A DNA stretch of 64,000 nt from an uncultured Alphaproteobacteria bacterium (GCA_963761595.1 CAVXHE010000004.1:105601-169600); one strand, 5' to 3'; counted from the stretch's first letter, positions 9,699-19,749 are shown. Translations and numbers: made by a program. Notes: generated from the sequence alone by a model not told the origin.

Positions 9699-11498
9699 TT
9701 GGACGCTAGCCCGGCCAAGCGCGCGTTCCGCGTCGTTCTGATCAAACCGTCGCATTACGACCCGGATGGCTATGTCATCCAGTGGCTGCGCTCGACGTTG
9801 CCGTCGAACAGCCTCGCCAGCGTCTATGGGCTGATCAAGGAGTGCGCGGACGAGCGCGTGCTCGGTCCCGACGTCGATATCGAGATCGAGGCCTGCGACG
9901 AGTGCAACACCGTCGTCGATGTCGAGGGCGTGGTGAAGCGCATCCGCGCCGCCGGCGGCGGCATGGTCGGGCTGATCGGCGTGCAATCGAACCAATATCC
10001 GCGCGCGCTCGATCTCGGCCGTAAATTCCGCGAGCGCGGCCTCAATGTCATGATGGGCGGCTTTCACGTCTCCGGCTGCATTTCGATGCTGCCGACGCTG
10101 CCGGCCGATCTGCAGGAAGCGCTCGATCTCGGCATTCATCTGTACGCCGGCGAGGCCGAAGGCCGCATGGCCGAAGTGCTGCGCGATGTCGCCTCGGGCA
10201 CGGCGAAGCCGATCTACAAATATCTCAACGATCTGCCCGAGATGGCGGCCGCGGTTTATCCGATCCTGCCGCGCTCGGTGGTGACGCGGGTCGCCGGCCA
10301 TTATTCGAGTTTCGACGCCGGCCGCGGCTGCCCGTTCCAGTGCAGCTTCTGCACCATCATCAATGTGCAGGGCCGCAAATCGCGCTATCGCACGCCGGAC
10401 GACGTCGAAGCCATCGTGCGCGCCAACGCGGCGCAGGGCATCACGCGGTTCTTCGTCACCGACGACAATTTCGCCCGCAACCGCAATTGGGAGCCGATCC
10501 TCGACCGGCTGATCGAGCTGCGCGAGCGCGACAAATTCAACATCAAATTGCTGCTCCAGGTCGACACTTTGTGTCACCGCATTCCGAATTTCATCGAAAA
10601 GGCGGCGCGCGCCGGCTGCACCGCGATCTTCCTCGGCCTCGAGAACATCAATCCCGAATCCCTGATGGGCGCCAAGAAGCGCCAGAACAAGATCTGGGAA
10701 TATCGCGACATGCTGCTCGCCTGGCGCCAGCAGCATGTGATGACCTATGCCGGCTACATCCTCGGCTTCCCGACCGATACGCCGGAGACGATCGCGCGCG
10801 ATATCGAGATCATCAAGAAGGAACTGCCGGTCGACATTCTCGAATTCTTCTATCTGACGCCGCTGCCGGGCTCCGAGGATCACAAGAATCTGTACATGAA
10901 AGGGGTGCCGATGGACCCCGACATGAACAAATACGATCTCGAACACGCCTGCACTGCGCATCCGATCATGTCGAAGGAAGCCTGGACGCAGGTCTATGCC
11001 GATGCCTGGAAGCGCTATTACACCGACGAACATGTCGAGACCATCATGCGCCGCGCCGTCGTCTCCGGCATCAACCGCACCAAGGTTCTCGACTCGCTGA
11101 CCATCTTCTCCGGCGCGGCGCGGATCGAAGGCGTGCATCCGCTGCAATTCGGCTTTTTCCGGAGGAAGCTGCGCACCCAGCGCCGCTCCGGCAAGAACGT
11201 GCTCAATCCGCTGATTTTCTATCCGTGGCGGCTGTTCGATTTCTTGAAGGTCTGTTCGCAATGGGGCCGGCTGATCTGGCGCTATCGCCGCATCATGGCG
11301 AAGGTGGCGAAGGACCCGGCGGCGGCGACGCATTTCGATGAGGCGCTCCGCCCGCATACCGGGGTCGGCGACACCGATCATTTCGTCGAAGTCTTCGCCG
11401 ACAAGATCCCGCACACCCACGGCGCGCCGGTTGTCGGCACGCGCGCGCGGGTGCACGGTGGAAGCGGCGGAGTAGCCGAACAGCGTCATTCCGCGTAA
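9699..11498 (+). CDS. B12-binding domain-containing radical SAM protein (class B)
   Basis: 599 aa. N-terminal cobalamin-binding-like domain (RVVLIKPSHYDPDGYVIQW.., MVGLIGVQSNQY) followed by the radical SAM cluster motif GRGCPFQCSFCTI. TTG start preceded by GGGGAGGG. Confidence 0.9.
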   Translation: MDASPAKRAFRVVLIKPSHYDPDGYVIQWLRSTLPSNSLASVYGLIKECADERVLGPDVDIEIEACDECNTVVDVEGVVKRIRAAGGGMVGLIGVQSNQYPRALDLGRKFRERGLNVMMGGFHVSGCISMLPTLPADLQEALDLGIHLYAGEAEGRMAEVLRDVASGTAKPIYKYLNDLPEMAAAVYPILPRSVVTRVAGHYSSFDAGRGCPFQCSFCTIINVQGRKSRYRTPDDVEAIVRANAAQGITRFFVTDDNFARNRNWEPILDRLIELRERDKFNIKLLLQVDTLCHRIPNFIEKAARAGCTAIFLGLENINPESLMGAKKRQNKIWEYRDMLLAWRQQHVMTYAGYILGFPTDTPETIARDIEIIKKELPVDILEFFYLTPLPGSEDHKNLYMKGVPMDPDMNKYDLEHACTAHPIMSKEAWTQVYADAWKRYYTDEHVETIMRRAVVSGINRTKVLDSLTIFSGAARIEGVHPLQFGFFRRKLRTQRRSGKNVLNPLIFYPWRLFDFLKVCSQWGRLIWRYRRIMAKVAKDPAAATHFDEALRPHTGVGDTDHFVEVFADKIPHTHGAPVVGTRARVHGGSGGVAEQRHSA

Positions 11499-11583
11499 GC
11501 GAGGCAATCCAGCTGGCTTGCTCGGGTTTTCGGTAGCTCCGTGCAGCTCGGTCCTCGCTATGACGGAGATCCGTAGCGGCTGA

Positions 11584-12207
11584 TCAAGCCGTCGATGTCC
11601 GTCCGATCTTGCTTTCCGTGCCGTTGAGGAGCCGCGCGATATTGGCGCGGTGCATGATCCACAGCAGTGCGGTCAAGAGGAGGAAGAGCTGCGCTTCGCG
11701 GATATTGTGGTTCAACCACAAGACGGCTGGCGTCGTTGCGCTCGCGATCAGCGCGGCCAGCGACGAATAGCGGGTCAAAGCGGCGATCGCTGCCCAAACG
11801 ACGCAGAAACACACGAGCGCCAGCCAGCATTTGAAGCCGAGCAACAGGCCGATATAGATCGCCACCCCTTTGCCGCCGCGAAAACGGAGCCAGACCGGAA
11901 AGAGGTGGCCGAGAAACGCGCCAAGGGCGGCGATGAGCGCTGCGTCGCGGCCGAGCGCCCAATTGGTCAGCGCGACCGCCGCGGTGCCTTTGAGCATGTC
12001 GCCCAACAGCGTCGCCGCGGCGAGCTTCTTGTTGCCGGTGCGCAGCACATTGGTGGCGCCGATATTGCCGGAGCCGATGCTGCGCAGATCGGCCGTGCCG
12101 GCAAGCCGCGTCAGGATGATGCCGAACGGAATCGAGCCGCACAGATAGCCGAATATCAAAGCCGCGCCGTAGGCGGGCAGAAGCGACCAATCGATCGGCT
12201 GCGTCAT
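11584..12207 (-). CDS. plsY: glycerol-3-phosphate acyltransferase PlsY
   Basis: 207 aa multi-pass membrane protein with the [14 protein letters not shown] and FRGGKGVA motifs. Confidence 0.95.
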   Translation of the reverse strand: MTQPIDWSLLPAYGAALIFGYLCGSIPFGIILTRLAGTADLRSIGSGNIGATNVLRTGNKKLAAATLLGDMLKGTAAVALTNWALGRDAALIAALGAFLGHLFPVWLRFRGGKGVAIYIGLLLGFKCWLALVCFCVVWAAIAALTRYSSLAALIASATTPAVLWLNHNIREAQLFLLLTALLWIMHRANIARLLNGTESKIGRTSTA

Positions 12208-12267
12208 GGCGGCTCAATACTGCCTGTCGGTGAATGGCAAACGACGTTTAGGTGTAGCGCAATTTCG

Positions 12268-13718
12268 CTAAACCGCGCGGACCCTTCCCGCAGCACTCTC
12301 GCGCGGCGCAAAGCCCGCGGCAATGGCGTCGGCTTCGCTCGGATAGATGACGAAGTGCCGAAGCTTGTCGGGTGCGGCGCGCGCAATCGCCGCAAGCCCC
12401 GGCGAAAACGTCTTGCGCACCGTGTCGCCGGTGACGAAATGCGCGGTGACGTCCTCGTCGATATCGGCCTCGCAATAGACGCAGCGCAGCCGGTGTCCGG
12501 ATTGCGCCTCGATCACATAGAACTTGTTGGCGGCGTATTGGCTTTCGGCGGGATCGCAGGTGATGCAATTGGTGTTGTCGCAGGCCACGCCGGTGCCGAT
12601 CGGCTGCGTGTAGACCGGATGATCGGGCTTGGCGAAGCCGCCGGCGAATTTGTGCAGCGAATTGTTCTTGTGCAGGTGCAGCATCAGCGAAATCAGCGCC
12701 ATGCGCACCGGCACGCCGTAAGCCGCTTGCTGGAAATAGACCGCGCGGCGGTCGCTGTCGAACGAGGCGTCGAGCTCGTTGACGCGCGGCAATGGGTGCA
12801 TGACGCTGGCGTCGGAATACTTTGCTTCGCCGAGGAATTTCGCGTCGATCTTCGGATAGGGCAGTTCCTTGCCGGTTGCCTTGTCGGTCCAGCGCTCCTT
12901 CTGGAAGCGGGTGACGTAGACGGCGTCGGTCTTCTTCTGCAGGACGAGCCCATAATCGATCTCGGGCTCGGCATAGAGCGAGAGCTGATGCGGCTGATCG
13001 GCGGTGACATAGAGCGCGTCGATCCGGCCGCTTTCGGACGTGCCGGTGTCCTTCGACACCATCCGCAGTGAAACTCCTCGCGCAGGCGGCGGTCGACATG
13101 CGCCGGCAATTCCATTCCGGGCGCGGGCAGAGGATCGATGGTCGCGCCGAACCGCGCCAGCGCATAGACGAAGGAATGGATGGTGCGGCTGCCTTTGAGG
13201 TCGCCGGAAATCGCGACCTTCATGTTGCGCAGGCTCTTGTTCTTGGCGCGCAGCGTGAACAGATCGCACAGCGTCTGCGTCGGATGTTCGTGCGCGCCGT
13301 CGCCGCCATTGATCACGGGAACTTGCGAATATTCCGCCGCCAGGCGCGCGGCGCCGTCGCGCGGATGGCGGATGACGACGATGTCGGCGTAGTTGGAGAT
13401 GACCCGGATCGTATCGGCGAGGCTTTCGCCCTTGGCGGCCGAACTGGCCGCCGGATCGGCGCTGGTAATATTGGAGCCGCCGAGGCGGAGCATCGCGCTC
13501 TCGAACGACAGGCGCGTGCGGGTCGAGGGTTCGTAGAACAGGCTCGCGAGGATGAATTTGGAGGCGAGATCGGTACTGCGCGCGATGCGATAGAAGACGT
13601 TGTCGTCGGCGAGTTCCTTCAAAAACCCTTGCGCGACCTCGAAGATCGTTTCGATCTCCTTATTGGTCAGGTCGTTGATCGAGGAGATATGGCGCGTCAG
13701 CGGCTGGGGTTTGGTCAT
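12268..13718 (-). CDS. pyrB: aspartate carbamoyltransferase catalytic chain fused to a PyrI-like zinc domain; one apparent frameshift near 13075
   Basis: The N-terminal half (frame of ORF 12693..13853 from MTKPQPL) has the carbamoyl-phosphate site SLFYEPSTRTRLSFE and HPTQ. The C-terminal half (frame of ORF 12268..13269) has HPLPRVNEL, then CDNTNCITC...RCVYCE as in the regulatory chain zinc domain. The frames join around 13070-13085. Confidence 0.8.
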
Positions 13719-13873
13719 TAAAGTGGTCGTATAGGCCCAATGGGCGCGGTCCGGCAAGCCCGCTTTGGTGACGGGCTTAAGTGATGCACCGAAATCATCG
13801 GCAGTGCCGTTCGTGCTAGGATTGTGAAGCACCAAGACGCCCCAAAGGGGCATTCGATCAGGGGCTTTCGGCT

Positions 13874-15500
13874 ATGGCCATCCGCTCGCGTTTCGACACG
13901 CACGAGGTGTTCAACCAGTCGCCGCCTTACCAGAACGTCGATCTGTTTCTAAGCGACCTGCCGCTCGTCGAAGCGGTCAAGGCGAATGGCGGATCCGGAC
14001 GAAGTGGCCGCTCTGTCGGCATTCGGCCAAGCGTTGGGGAACGGCGGAAAGGTTCACGCTGGCGCGGCAGGCCAATGAGAACCCGCCGAAGCTTCACGCT
14101 TTCGACGCCAAGGGCGATCGCTCCGACACCGTCGAGTTTCATCCGGCCTATCACGATTTCATGGCCGCGAGCGTCGCCGCCGGATTGCACGCCTCGACCT
14201 GGACCGAGACCGGACAACGCGCCGCGCCGCCGGCGGAAGTGTTGCGCGCCGCGCGCTTCTACATGGCGGCGCAAGTCGAGACCGGACATCTGTGCCCGAT
14301 CACGATGACGCGCGCCGCGCTGGCGCCGCTTGCCGCCGAGCCTGCGCTCGCGGCGAAAATCGCGCCGAAGGTGGTGTCGCGCAGCTACGACGCGACGTTC
14401 CGGCCATGGTGGGAGAAATCCGGCATGACGCTCGGCATGGGCATGACCGAGAAGCAGGGCGGCACCGACGTGCGCGCCAATACGACGACAGCGACGCCTG
14501 ACGGCGGCGCGTACTCGATCGTCGGCCACAAATGGTTCTTCTCGGCGCCGATGAGTGACGCGTTCCTGGTGCTGGCGCAGGCCCCAAAGGGACTGACGTG
14601 TTTCCTCATGCCGCGTTTCCGTCCCGACGGTTCGGTCAACGCGCTGCATTTTCAGCGGCTCAAGGACAAGCTCGGCAACCGCTCCAACGCCTCGAGCGAA
14701 GTTGAATTCACCGACGCTTTCGCCTGGCGCGTCGGCGAGGAAGGCTGCAGGCATCCGCACCATTCTGCAGATGGTGCAATTGACGCGGCTCGATTGCGCG
14801 GTGGCCTCCGCAGGCCTGATGCGCATGGCGCTGGTGCAGGCATTGCATCATTGCCGCCATCGCAATGTGTTCGGCAAACGCCTCGCCGATCAGCCGATGA
14901 TGCGCGCCGTGCTCGCCGACATGGCGCTCGACGTCGAAGCCGCCGTGGCGCTTGTCTTCCGCCTGTCGCGCGCGCTCGATCGCGCCGCAACGGATGCGCG
15001 TGAAGCGGCCTATGCGCGGCTGCTGACGCCCGCGGTCAAATTCTGGATTTGCAAGCTCGCGCCGGGCTTGATCTTCGAGGCCATGGAGTCGCTTGGCGGC
15101 AACGGTTACGTCGAGGAAAGCCTGCTGCCGCGGCTTTATCGCGAGGGTCCGGTCAACGCCATCTGGGAAGGCTCCGGCAATGTCATGTGTCTTGACGTGT
15201 TGCGCGCGCTCAAGGGCAAAGAGGAAGCCGAATTGTTTGTTGATCTTGTCGCGCGACGCCGGCCTCGCTGTCAACTCGGAAAATCCACAATCGGCCGATG
15301 AAGCCGACGCGCGCCGCATCGTGCAGCGATTAGCCCTTGTCGCAAGCGCTGCCGCTCTCAACGCGAGTATGCCGCCTGTGATCGCCAACACATTTTTCAG
15401 AACGCGCGTCGAAAAAACGCACGGCGTGTTTTACGGCACCGCCGGACTCGATTCACAAACAGTTGATCTTTTGCTGCAACGCGTGTTGCCGGACGCGTAA
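13874..15500 (+). CDS. AidB-like acyl-CoA dehydrogenase, disrupted as assembled (about 4 frame changes)
   Basis: The THEVFNQSPPYQNVDLFLSD start is typical of AidB/isovaleryl-CoA-dehydrogenase-like proteins. Conserved blocks MGMTEKQGGTDVRANTT, GHKWFFSAP, GIRTILQMVQLTRLDC and LGGNGYVEES sit in different frames. Joins are near 13988, 14038, 14745 and 15245. Confidence 0.8.
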
Positions 15501-15688
15501 AGGCCGCGCGTTGACGCGCATTTCCGCGCACGGCTGCGATCGCGGGGCGTTGGGAATAATTTTCGCGGCCATCGGTAGGTCATTTGCAGACGTGCCATGC
15601 GCCGGCGTCTCTCGCCAGGCGTTGTTTCCGAACTATGTGACCGCCGCAGCGACGAGCTGTGCTTCGTTCTCATCGAAGGAACAACAAA

Positions 15689-15964
15689 ATGTCGAAGACT
15701 CTCTCAGGCAGAAGTTTCAAGGGCGCCGCCACAATGGCAGCGGCGCTTGCGGTTTTATTGGCGGCGACAGCGGCGAGCTCGGCTGCAACGCATCGCTCCG
15801 TGCGCAGCCAGCAGGTGCGGACCTATTACAACTATGTACCCGGCCAGATCGATGCCCCGGGGCTGACCGCCGGACAGCTTGGCCGGCGCACCGATCCGGT
15901 GCTCGTCCCGCCGGGCGGCTTCGGCCCTCCGGATCCGGCAAGCTGCGGCGGCTTTCACTGCTGA
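15689..15964 (+). CDS. small secreted hypothetical protein
   Basis: ATG at 15689 (MSKTLSGRSFKGAATMAAALAVLLAATAASSAA) gives a signal-like N-terminus. The C-terminus is Pro/Gly-rich and ends ..CGGFHC. Confidence 0.4.
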   Translation: MSKTLSGRSFKGAATMAAALAVLLAATAASSAATHRSVRSQQVRTYYNYVPGQIDAPGLTAGQLGRRTDPVLVPPGGFGPPDPASCGGFHC

Positions 15965-15998
15965 CGCTGACTGAAATTGGCGGCGCCGGAGTGGAAGT

Positions 15999-16478
15999 TC
16001 ACGGCGCCTCTATTTGTCCGCGGGTGAGCCGGTCGAGCGCGCCTTGCAGAATGAAGGTGGCGGCATGCTGGTCGATCACCGCCTTGCGCTTGGCGCGGCT
16101 CGCATCGGCCGCGATCAGCGCGCGCTCGACCGCCGCCGTCGACAGCCGCTCGTCCCACAACGCGATCGGCAGTTCGGTGAGCTGCGCCAGATTGCGCGCA
16201 AAGGCGCGCGTCGACTGCGCGCGCGGACCTTCGGAACCGTCCATGTTGATCGGCAGGCCGAGCACGAGACCCGCGGCACGGCGTTCGGCGGCAAGCTCGA
16301 GAATGCGCTGGGCGTCGAGATTGAAGCGCTGCCGCGCAATAGTTTCGACCGGTGCGGCAACACGGCGATCCGGGTCGCTCGCCGCGACGCCAATCGTCTT
16401 GGTGCCGAGGTCCAAACCGAGCAGCGCGCCGCGCGCCGGGAGGATCGCGGCAGCGTCAATGAGCGCGACAACGGGCAT
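15999..16478 (-). CDS. ruvX: Holliday junction resolvase-like protein RuvX (YqgF)
   Basis: 159 aa. Has LLGLDLGTKTIGVAASD, GLPINMDGSEGP and DERLST, the characteristic YqgF nuclease motifs. Confidence 0.9.
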   Translation of the reverse strand: MPVVALIDAAAILPARGALLGLDLGTKTIGVAASDPDRRVAAPVETIARQRFNLDAQRILELAAERRAAGLVLGLPINMDGSEGPRAQSTRAFARNLAQLTELPIALWDERLSTAAVERALIAADASRAKRKAVIDQHAATFILQGALDRLTRGQIEAP

Positions 16479-16636
16479 CCGCGATCTTTCCCATAGTGGC
16501 CGTTCCGGCGACCTTTTCGATCCGCGCGGCTATGCGTATCTTATGACTGTCCCCGGCGTTCCCGTCACGCATAAGGTCCGTCATGCAGATCACTTGGGGT
16601 AAAGCCTTTCATGTGTAATTTTCACCGGGAGTTCGC

Positions 16637-17449
16637 ATGAAAATCACGTCAGCCGTGCTTGCCACCGCGCTTATGCTTGCCATGTCCCAATTTGTCCTGT
16701 CTCAATTTGCCATGTCTCAGATTGCCATGTCTCAGATTGCCAAAGCCGCGGAGATCAAGGTTGTCAGCGGCGGCGCTTTCAAACAGGTGCTGGGCGCGTT
16801 GGCCGCGCAATACGAGAAGGAGAGCGGTAACAAGGTCGATGTCATCTACCAGACCGTCGGGCAGCATCTGGCGCTGATCCGCGACGGCAAGGAAGAGTTC
16901 GACGTTGCCGTTCTGACGCCGGAGGGGATCGACGGGCTCGCCAAGGAGGGGAAGGTCGTGCCGGGCACGCGCGCCGACTTAGCGAAGGTTGGCGTTGGCG
17001 TCGTGGTCAAAGCGGGTGCGCCAAAGCCGGATATCAGCACGGACGAGGCGTTCAAGCGCGCGCTGCTCGCGGCGAAATCGGTCGCCTATATCGATCCCAA
17101 AGCCGGCGGCTCGAGCGGCATCTATGTCGCCGGCCTGTTGCAGCGGCTCGGCATTGCCGCAGAGGTCAACGCCAAGGCCGTCCTGGTGCAGGGCGGGGCG
17201 GTCGCCGATCACGTTGCCGACGGCGAGGCGGAGATCGGCGTCCATCAGATCAGCGAGATTCTGCCGGTCGCGGGTGTGACGTTTGTCGGTCCGCTGCCGG
17301 CGGACATTCAGAATTTCACGGTCTATTCGGCCGGCGTCGGTGCTGCGGCCAAGGATGCCGCGGCGGCCAAGGGCTTCGTCGCGTTTTTGACCGGTCCGCA
17401 TGCCCAGCCGATCATCAAGGCCAAGGGCATGATGCCCGCGTCGCCTTAG
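16637..17449 (+). CDS. periplasmic substrate-binding protein, ModA-like (SBP_bac_11 type), orphan
   Basis: 270 aa with a signal peptide, then EIKVVSGGAFKQVLGALAAQYEKESGNKVDV and IAYIDPKAGGSSG patterns of molybdate/tungstate-like binding proteins. No permease or ATPase adjacent. Confidence 0.75.
   Translation: MKITSAVLATALMLAMSQFVLSQFAMSQIAMSQIAKAAEIKVVSGGAFKQVLGALAAQYEKESGNKVDVIYQTVGQHLALIRDGKEEFDVAVLTPEGIDGLAKEGKVVPGTRADLAKVGVGVVVKAGAPKPDISTDEAFKRALLAAKSVAYIDPKAGGSSGIYVAGLLQRLGIAAEVNAKAVLVQGGAVADHVADGEAEIGVHQISEILPVAGVTFVGPLPADIQNFTVYSAGVGAAAKDAAAAKGFVAFLTGPHAQPIIKAKGMMPASP
16679..16738. repeat. 4 x 15-bp tandem repeat inside the signal peptide coding region
   Basis: The units gccatgtcccaattt / gtcctgtctcaattt / gccatgtctcagatt / gccatgtctcagatt encode MSQF-VLSQF-AMSQI-AMSQI. 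Confidence 0.9.
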
Positions 17450-17466
17450 ACCTGGGCGCAAAAAAA

Positions 17467-17492
17467 CAGCGCCCGGCCGGAGCCGGGCGCTG
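17467..17492. terminator. bidirectional-type intrinsic terminator hairpin (strongest for the minus-strand DUF1127 gene)
   Basis: CAGCGCCCGGC-CGGA-GCCGGGCGCTG forms an 11-bp stem. The A7 tract upstream on plus becomes a U7 tract after the hairpin on minus. Confidence 0.6.
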
Positions 17493-17497
17493 ATTTG

Positions 17498-17518
17498 CCG
17501 ACCGCAAGCTGCGGTCGG
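17498..17518 (+). terminator. second hairpin, possible plus-strand terminator
   Basis: CCGACCGC-AAGCT-GCGGTCGG followed by gtggatttta. Lies downstream of the ModA-like gene. Confidence 0.35.
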
Positions 17519-17534
17519 GTGGATTTTATCGGGG

Positions 17535-17690
17535 TTAGTGCTTCGCCTGTTCCCAAGCAATCCGCGGGATATCGCCACGCGTGATGCCGATATCGGCCAG
17601 TTCGCGGTCGCTGAGATGGGACAACTCGTCCATGGCAACGCCATAGCGCTTCCAGGACTTGAAGAAGTGGATGATGGACGACAACAACAT
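17535..17690 (-). CDS. DUF1127 domain small protein (51 aa)
   Basis: Below the track threshold. MLLSSIIHFFKSWKRYGVAMDELSHLSDRELADIGITRGDIPRIAWEQAKH contains the hallmark L..LSDreLaDIGi.R.dI motif. Followed by a strong terminator. Confidence 0.75.
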   Translation of the reverse strand: MLLSSIIHFFKSWKRYGVAMDELSHLSDRELADIGITRGDIPRIAWEQAKH

Positions 17691-18102
17691 GTTTTTGTTC
17701 CTTTATTTCGCTTTCCGGCGAAGGCTCGTGAAAGCCGGCACCAGAATCGGAACTCAATATAAGCACCAATGGTGCATTGCAAAATAAGCCTGCTGCAGTG
17801 CAGCTACGCGAATATCGCATGCGCATTGCAACGATCTCTAAAGACTTGTGGTAAAATTTCGGCCGTAACGTCCAAAAACTCAATAAATACGGTGATTGTC
17901 ATGTAGCCGACGCATCAGTGCCGGCCGATGGCGATCGGAAACCCGTCTCGGGGAGGCTCGGAGACTTAAAACACAGTAAAAATTGTTCCGATCGCCGCTT
18001 TTGATGCGCTCTTTGCCCGAGTTACGCCCGCCATTGATCCTTCATGTGCCGCACTTGGGCGCTGCAATGGGAGTGTCGGAGTATTGTGTCGGGGAGTTTC
18101 CC

Positions 18103-18303
18103 ATGGGGACCGCTCTGGATCACCGCAGAAGTGCGGAAGAATGCGTTGCGATGGCCCGGTTGGCTGATGACACCAGCGACAAGGCGCTCTGGCTCGCCTT
18201 AGCGCAATCCTGGGTCAAGCTTGCCGAACACGTCTCGCGGGTCGAGACGGATGTGGCGCTCGAGGACGTGAATCTGCTGCCAGAGAACACCAGACTGTCC
18301 TAG
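18103..18303 (+). CDS. small helical protein (66 aa), paralogue of 6619..6792
   Basis: ATG at 18103 inside track ORF 17983..18303. The segment HRRSAEECVAMARLADDTSDKALWLALAQSWVKLAEH aligns with the 6619 ORF. Confidence 0.45.
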   Translation: MGTALDHRRSAEECVAMARLADDTSDKALWLALAQSWVKLAEHVSRVETDVALEDVNLLPENTRLS

Positions 18304-18372
18304 GCGACCGCGGCTCGGCCGTTGTTGCTGGTTCGGGCTAGCGCCTCACTAGGCTGGCTCACTGGGCATCAC

Positions 18373-18666
18373 TCACTGCCCATGGCTTGCCAGCACTGTC
18401 TGGCACGCCTTGCTGATCTTGGGGCGGTTGGCCTGCAAGCAGCCCAGAATGCCGAGCACGTCGTTCGGATTGACCTGCAGTTGGACCTGGCAATACTTGG
18501 TCACGTCCGGATGGCAGGCGGCGCGTTCCTGGTCGTTGCCTTGTCCGAGCCCACCGCCGGACACCGGAGGCGGCTGGGGCGGCAAATTCTGAGCGTAACC
18601 GGCCGCACCGGCAGCAACCAGAGCCGCAAACGAAAACGCGACGATCGAGAGCGATTTGCGCAACAT
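18373..18666 (-). CDS. secreted cysteine-rich repeat protein
   Basis: ATG at 18666 (MLRKSLSIVAFSFAALVAAGAAGYAQ signal). The mature part has CHPDVTKYC ... LGCLQANRPKISKAC, a cysteine-rich repeat pattern common in Rhizobiales. Confidence 0.6.
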   Translation of the reverse strand: MLRKSLSIVAFSFAALVAAGAAGYAQNLPPQPPPVSGGGLGQGNDQERAACHPDVTKYCQVQLQVNPNDVLGILGCLQANRPKISKACQTVLASHGQ

Positions 18667-18953
18667 GGTCCTCCCTTCCGGGCACGAAGCCCGCGCCCGT
18701 GACGTCGTTTTATCCCACACTTTATCCGCACTGTCGCAATTCCCAAGCGCGTTTAACGGTTGCCGAATACTCTTGTGTGGATTTTTCGAAGTCGAGCGCA
18801 GTGCAGCACACGGGTCCCCGCGTCGTCCGTCGCCGCGTTAAATGTTCGCTGGGATATTTGCCGGCACAGTTCGGAACATGCCGGTCGCGCGCTTTTCCAC
18901 ACACTTGCGCGCACGCGTGCGGGGGCGATACATCTCGCCCAAGGTGGTTGGAA

Positions 18954-19029
18954 GGGCGATTAGCTCAGTTGGTAGAGCGTCTGCTTTACACGCAGAATGT
19001 CGGCGGTTCGAGTCCGTCATCGCCCACCA
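18954..19029 (+). tRNA. tRNA-Val (anticodon TAC)
   Basis: GGGCGAT acceptor pairs with ATCGCCC. D-arm TAGCTCAGTTGGTAGAGC, anticodon loop CTTTACAC, T-arm GGTTCGAGTCC, and an encoded CCA. Confidence 0.95.
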
Positions 19030-19217
19030 GGCTTCGCCCTAACGGGCGACGCGTGGCGCAGCCACGGCGCGCGCAGAACATCTGCCCGGCGCACGCGATG
19101 CGAGAGGCCCCCAAAAAAAACTCGCCCGCGGCCTCGCAATTTAAGCGATTGCGATAGCGCGCGGGCGGTGAGTGGCGCACGGAGGATCCGCGTGGCAAAT
19201 CCGCCGATCGCGAGCAA

Positions 19218-19514
19218 TCAGACGGCTTCCTTGAGTTCCTTGGAAGCGCGGAAGGCCACTTTTTTGCTGGCCTTGATCTAAATCGGTTGGCCGGTCGCGG
19301 GATTACGTCCCATGCGCGCGGCGCGCTTGCGCACCTGAAGGATGCCGAGGCCGCCAATGCGGATGCGCTCGCCCTTCTTCAGATGCTTGACGATATTGCC
19401 GACAAAGCCGCCGAGGATCGCTTCAGCTTGCTTCTTCGAAAGCTCGTTGTCCTCCGCGAGGCTCGCGGCGAGATGCTTCAATGTAACCGTAGTCGCGGTT
19501 GCCTTACTTGCCAT
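19218..19514 (-). CDS. hupB: HU family DNA-binding protein with an in-frame TAG at codon 79 (19280-19278)
   Basis: MASKATATTVTLKHLAASLAEDNELSKKQAEAILGGFVGNIVKHLKKGERIRIGGLGILQVRKRAARMGRNPATGQPI then stop, then IKASKKVAFRASKELKEAV then stop. The 19 codons after the TAG are a typical HU C-terminus. Confidence 0.85.
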
Positions 19515-19706
19515 TAGACCCTCCTCAATGAAGCGGTTTGCGTGAAAAAAGCGCCGCTCAGGGCGAAGCAGTTAAACAATTCGGCTGCGGCTGACCACGC
19601 TTGTTTTGCCAATTCCACCGATGTTTTCTGCACCAAGAGGGTGTCTGATGGCGCTTCATGGCAAGGATATGACGGCCGTGAAAGCCCGATGAATGGGCCA
19701 AATTCC

Positions 19707-19734
19707 TTGACTTGAGGCCCTGCCGGCCTTAATC
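19707..19734 (+). promoter_or_regulatory. possible promoter of tRNA-Asp (TTGACT-N16-TTAATC)
   Basis: A -35-like TTGACT and -10-like TTAATC lie about 15 nt upstream of the tRNA 5' end. Confidence 0.35.
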
Positions 19735-19749
19735 CGGCGCCTCGCCCGC

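Noticed and set aside
9549-11507. 652-aa minus-strand ORF antisense to the radical SAM gene, plus similar long antisense ORFs: 31551..33566 opposite nuoG, 36801..38063 and 38358..39608 opposite nuoL/M, 40004..41716 opposite nuoN, 52666..53901 and 54580..56262 opposite dnaE, and 1393..2886 opposite topA.
   Set aside because: Their Arg/Ala/Gly/Asp-rich, low-complexity translations have no family signal. Long open antisense frames are expected in high-GC DNA, and the sense strand carries unmistakable conserved proteins.
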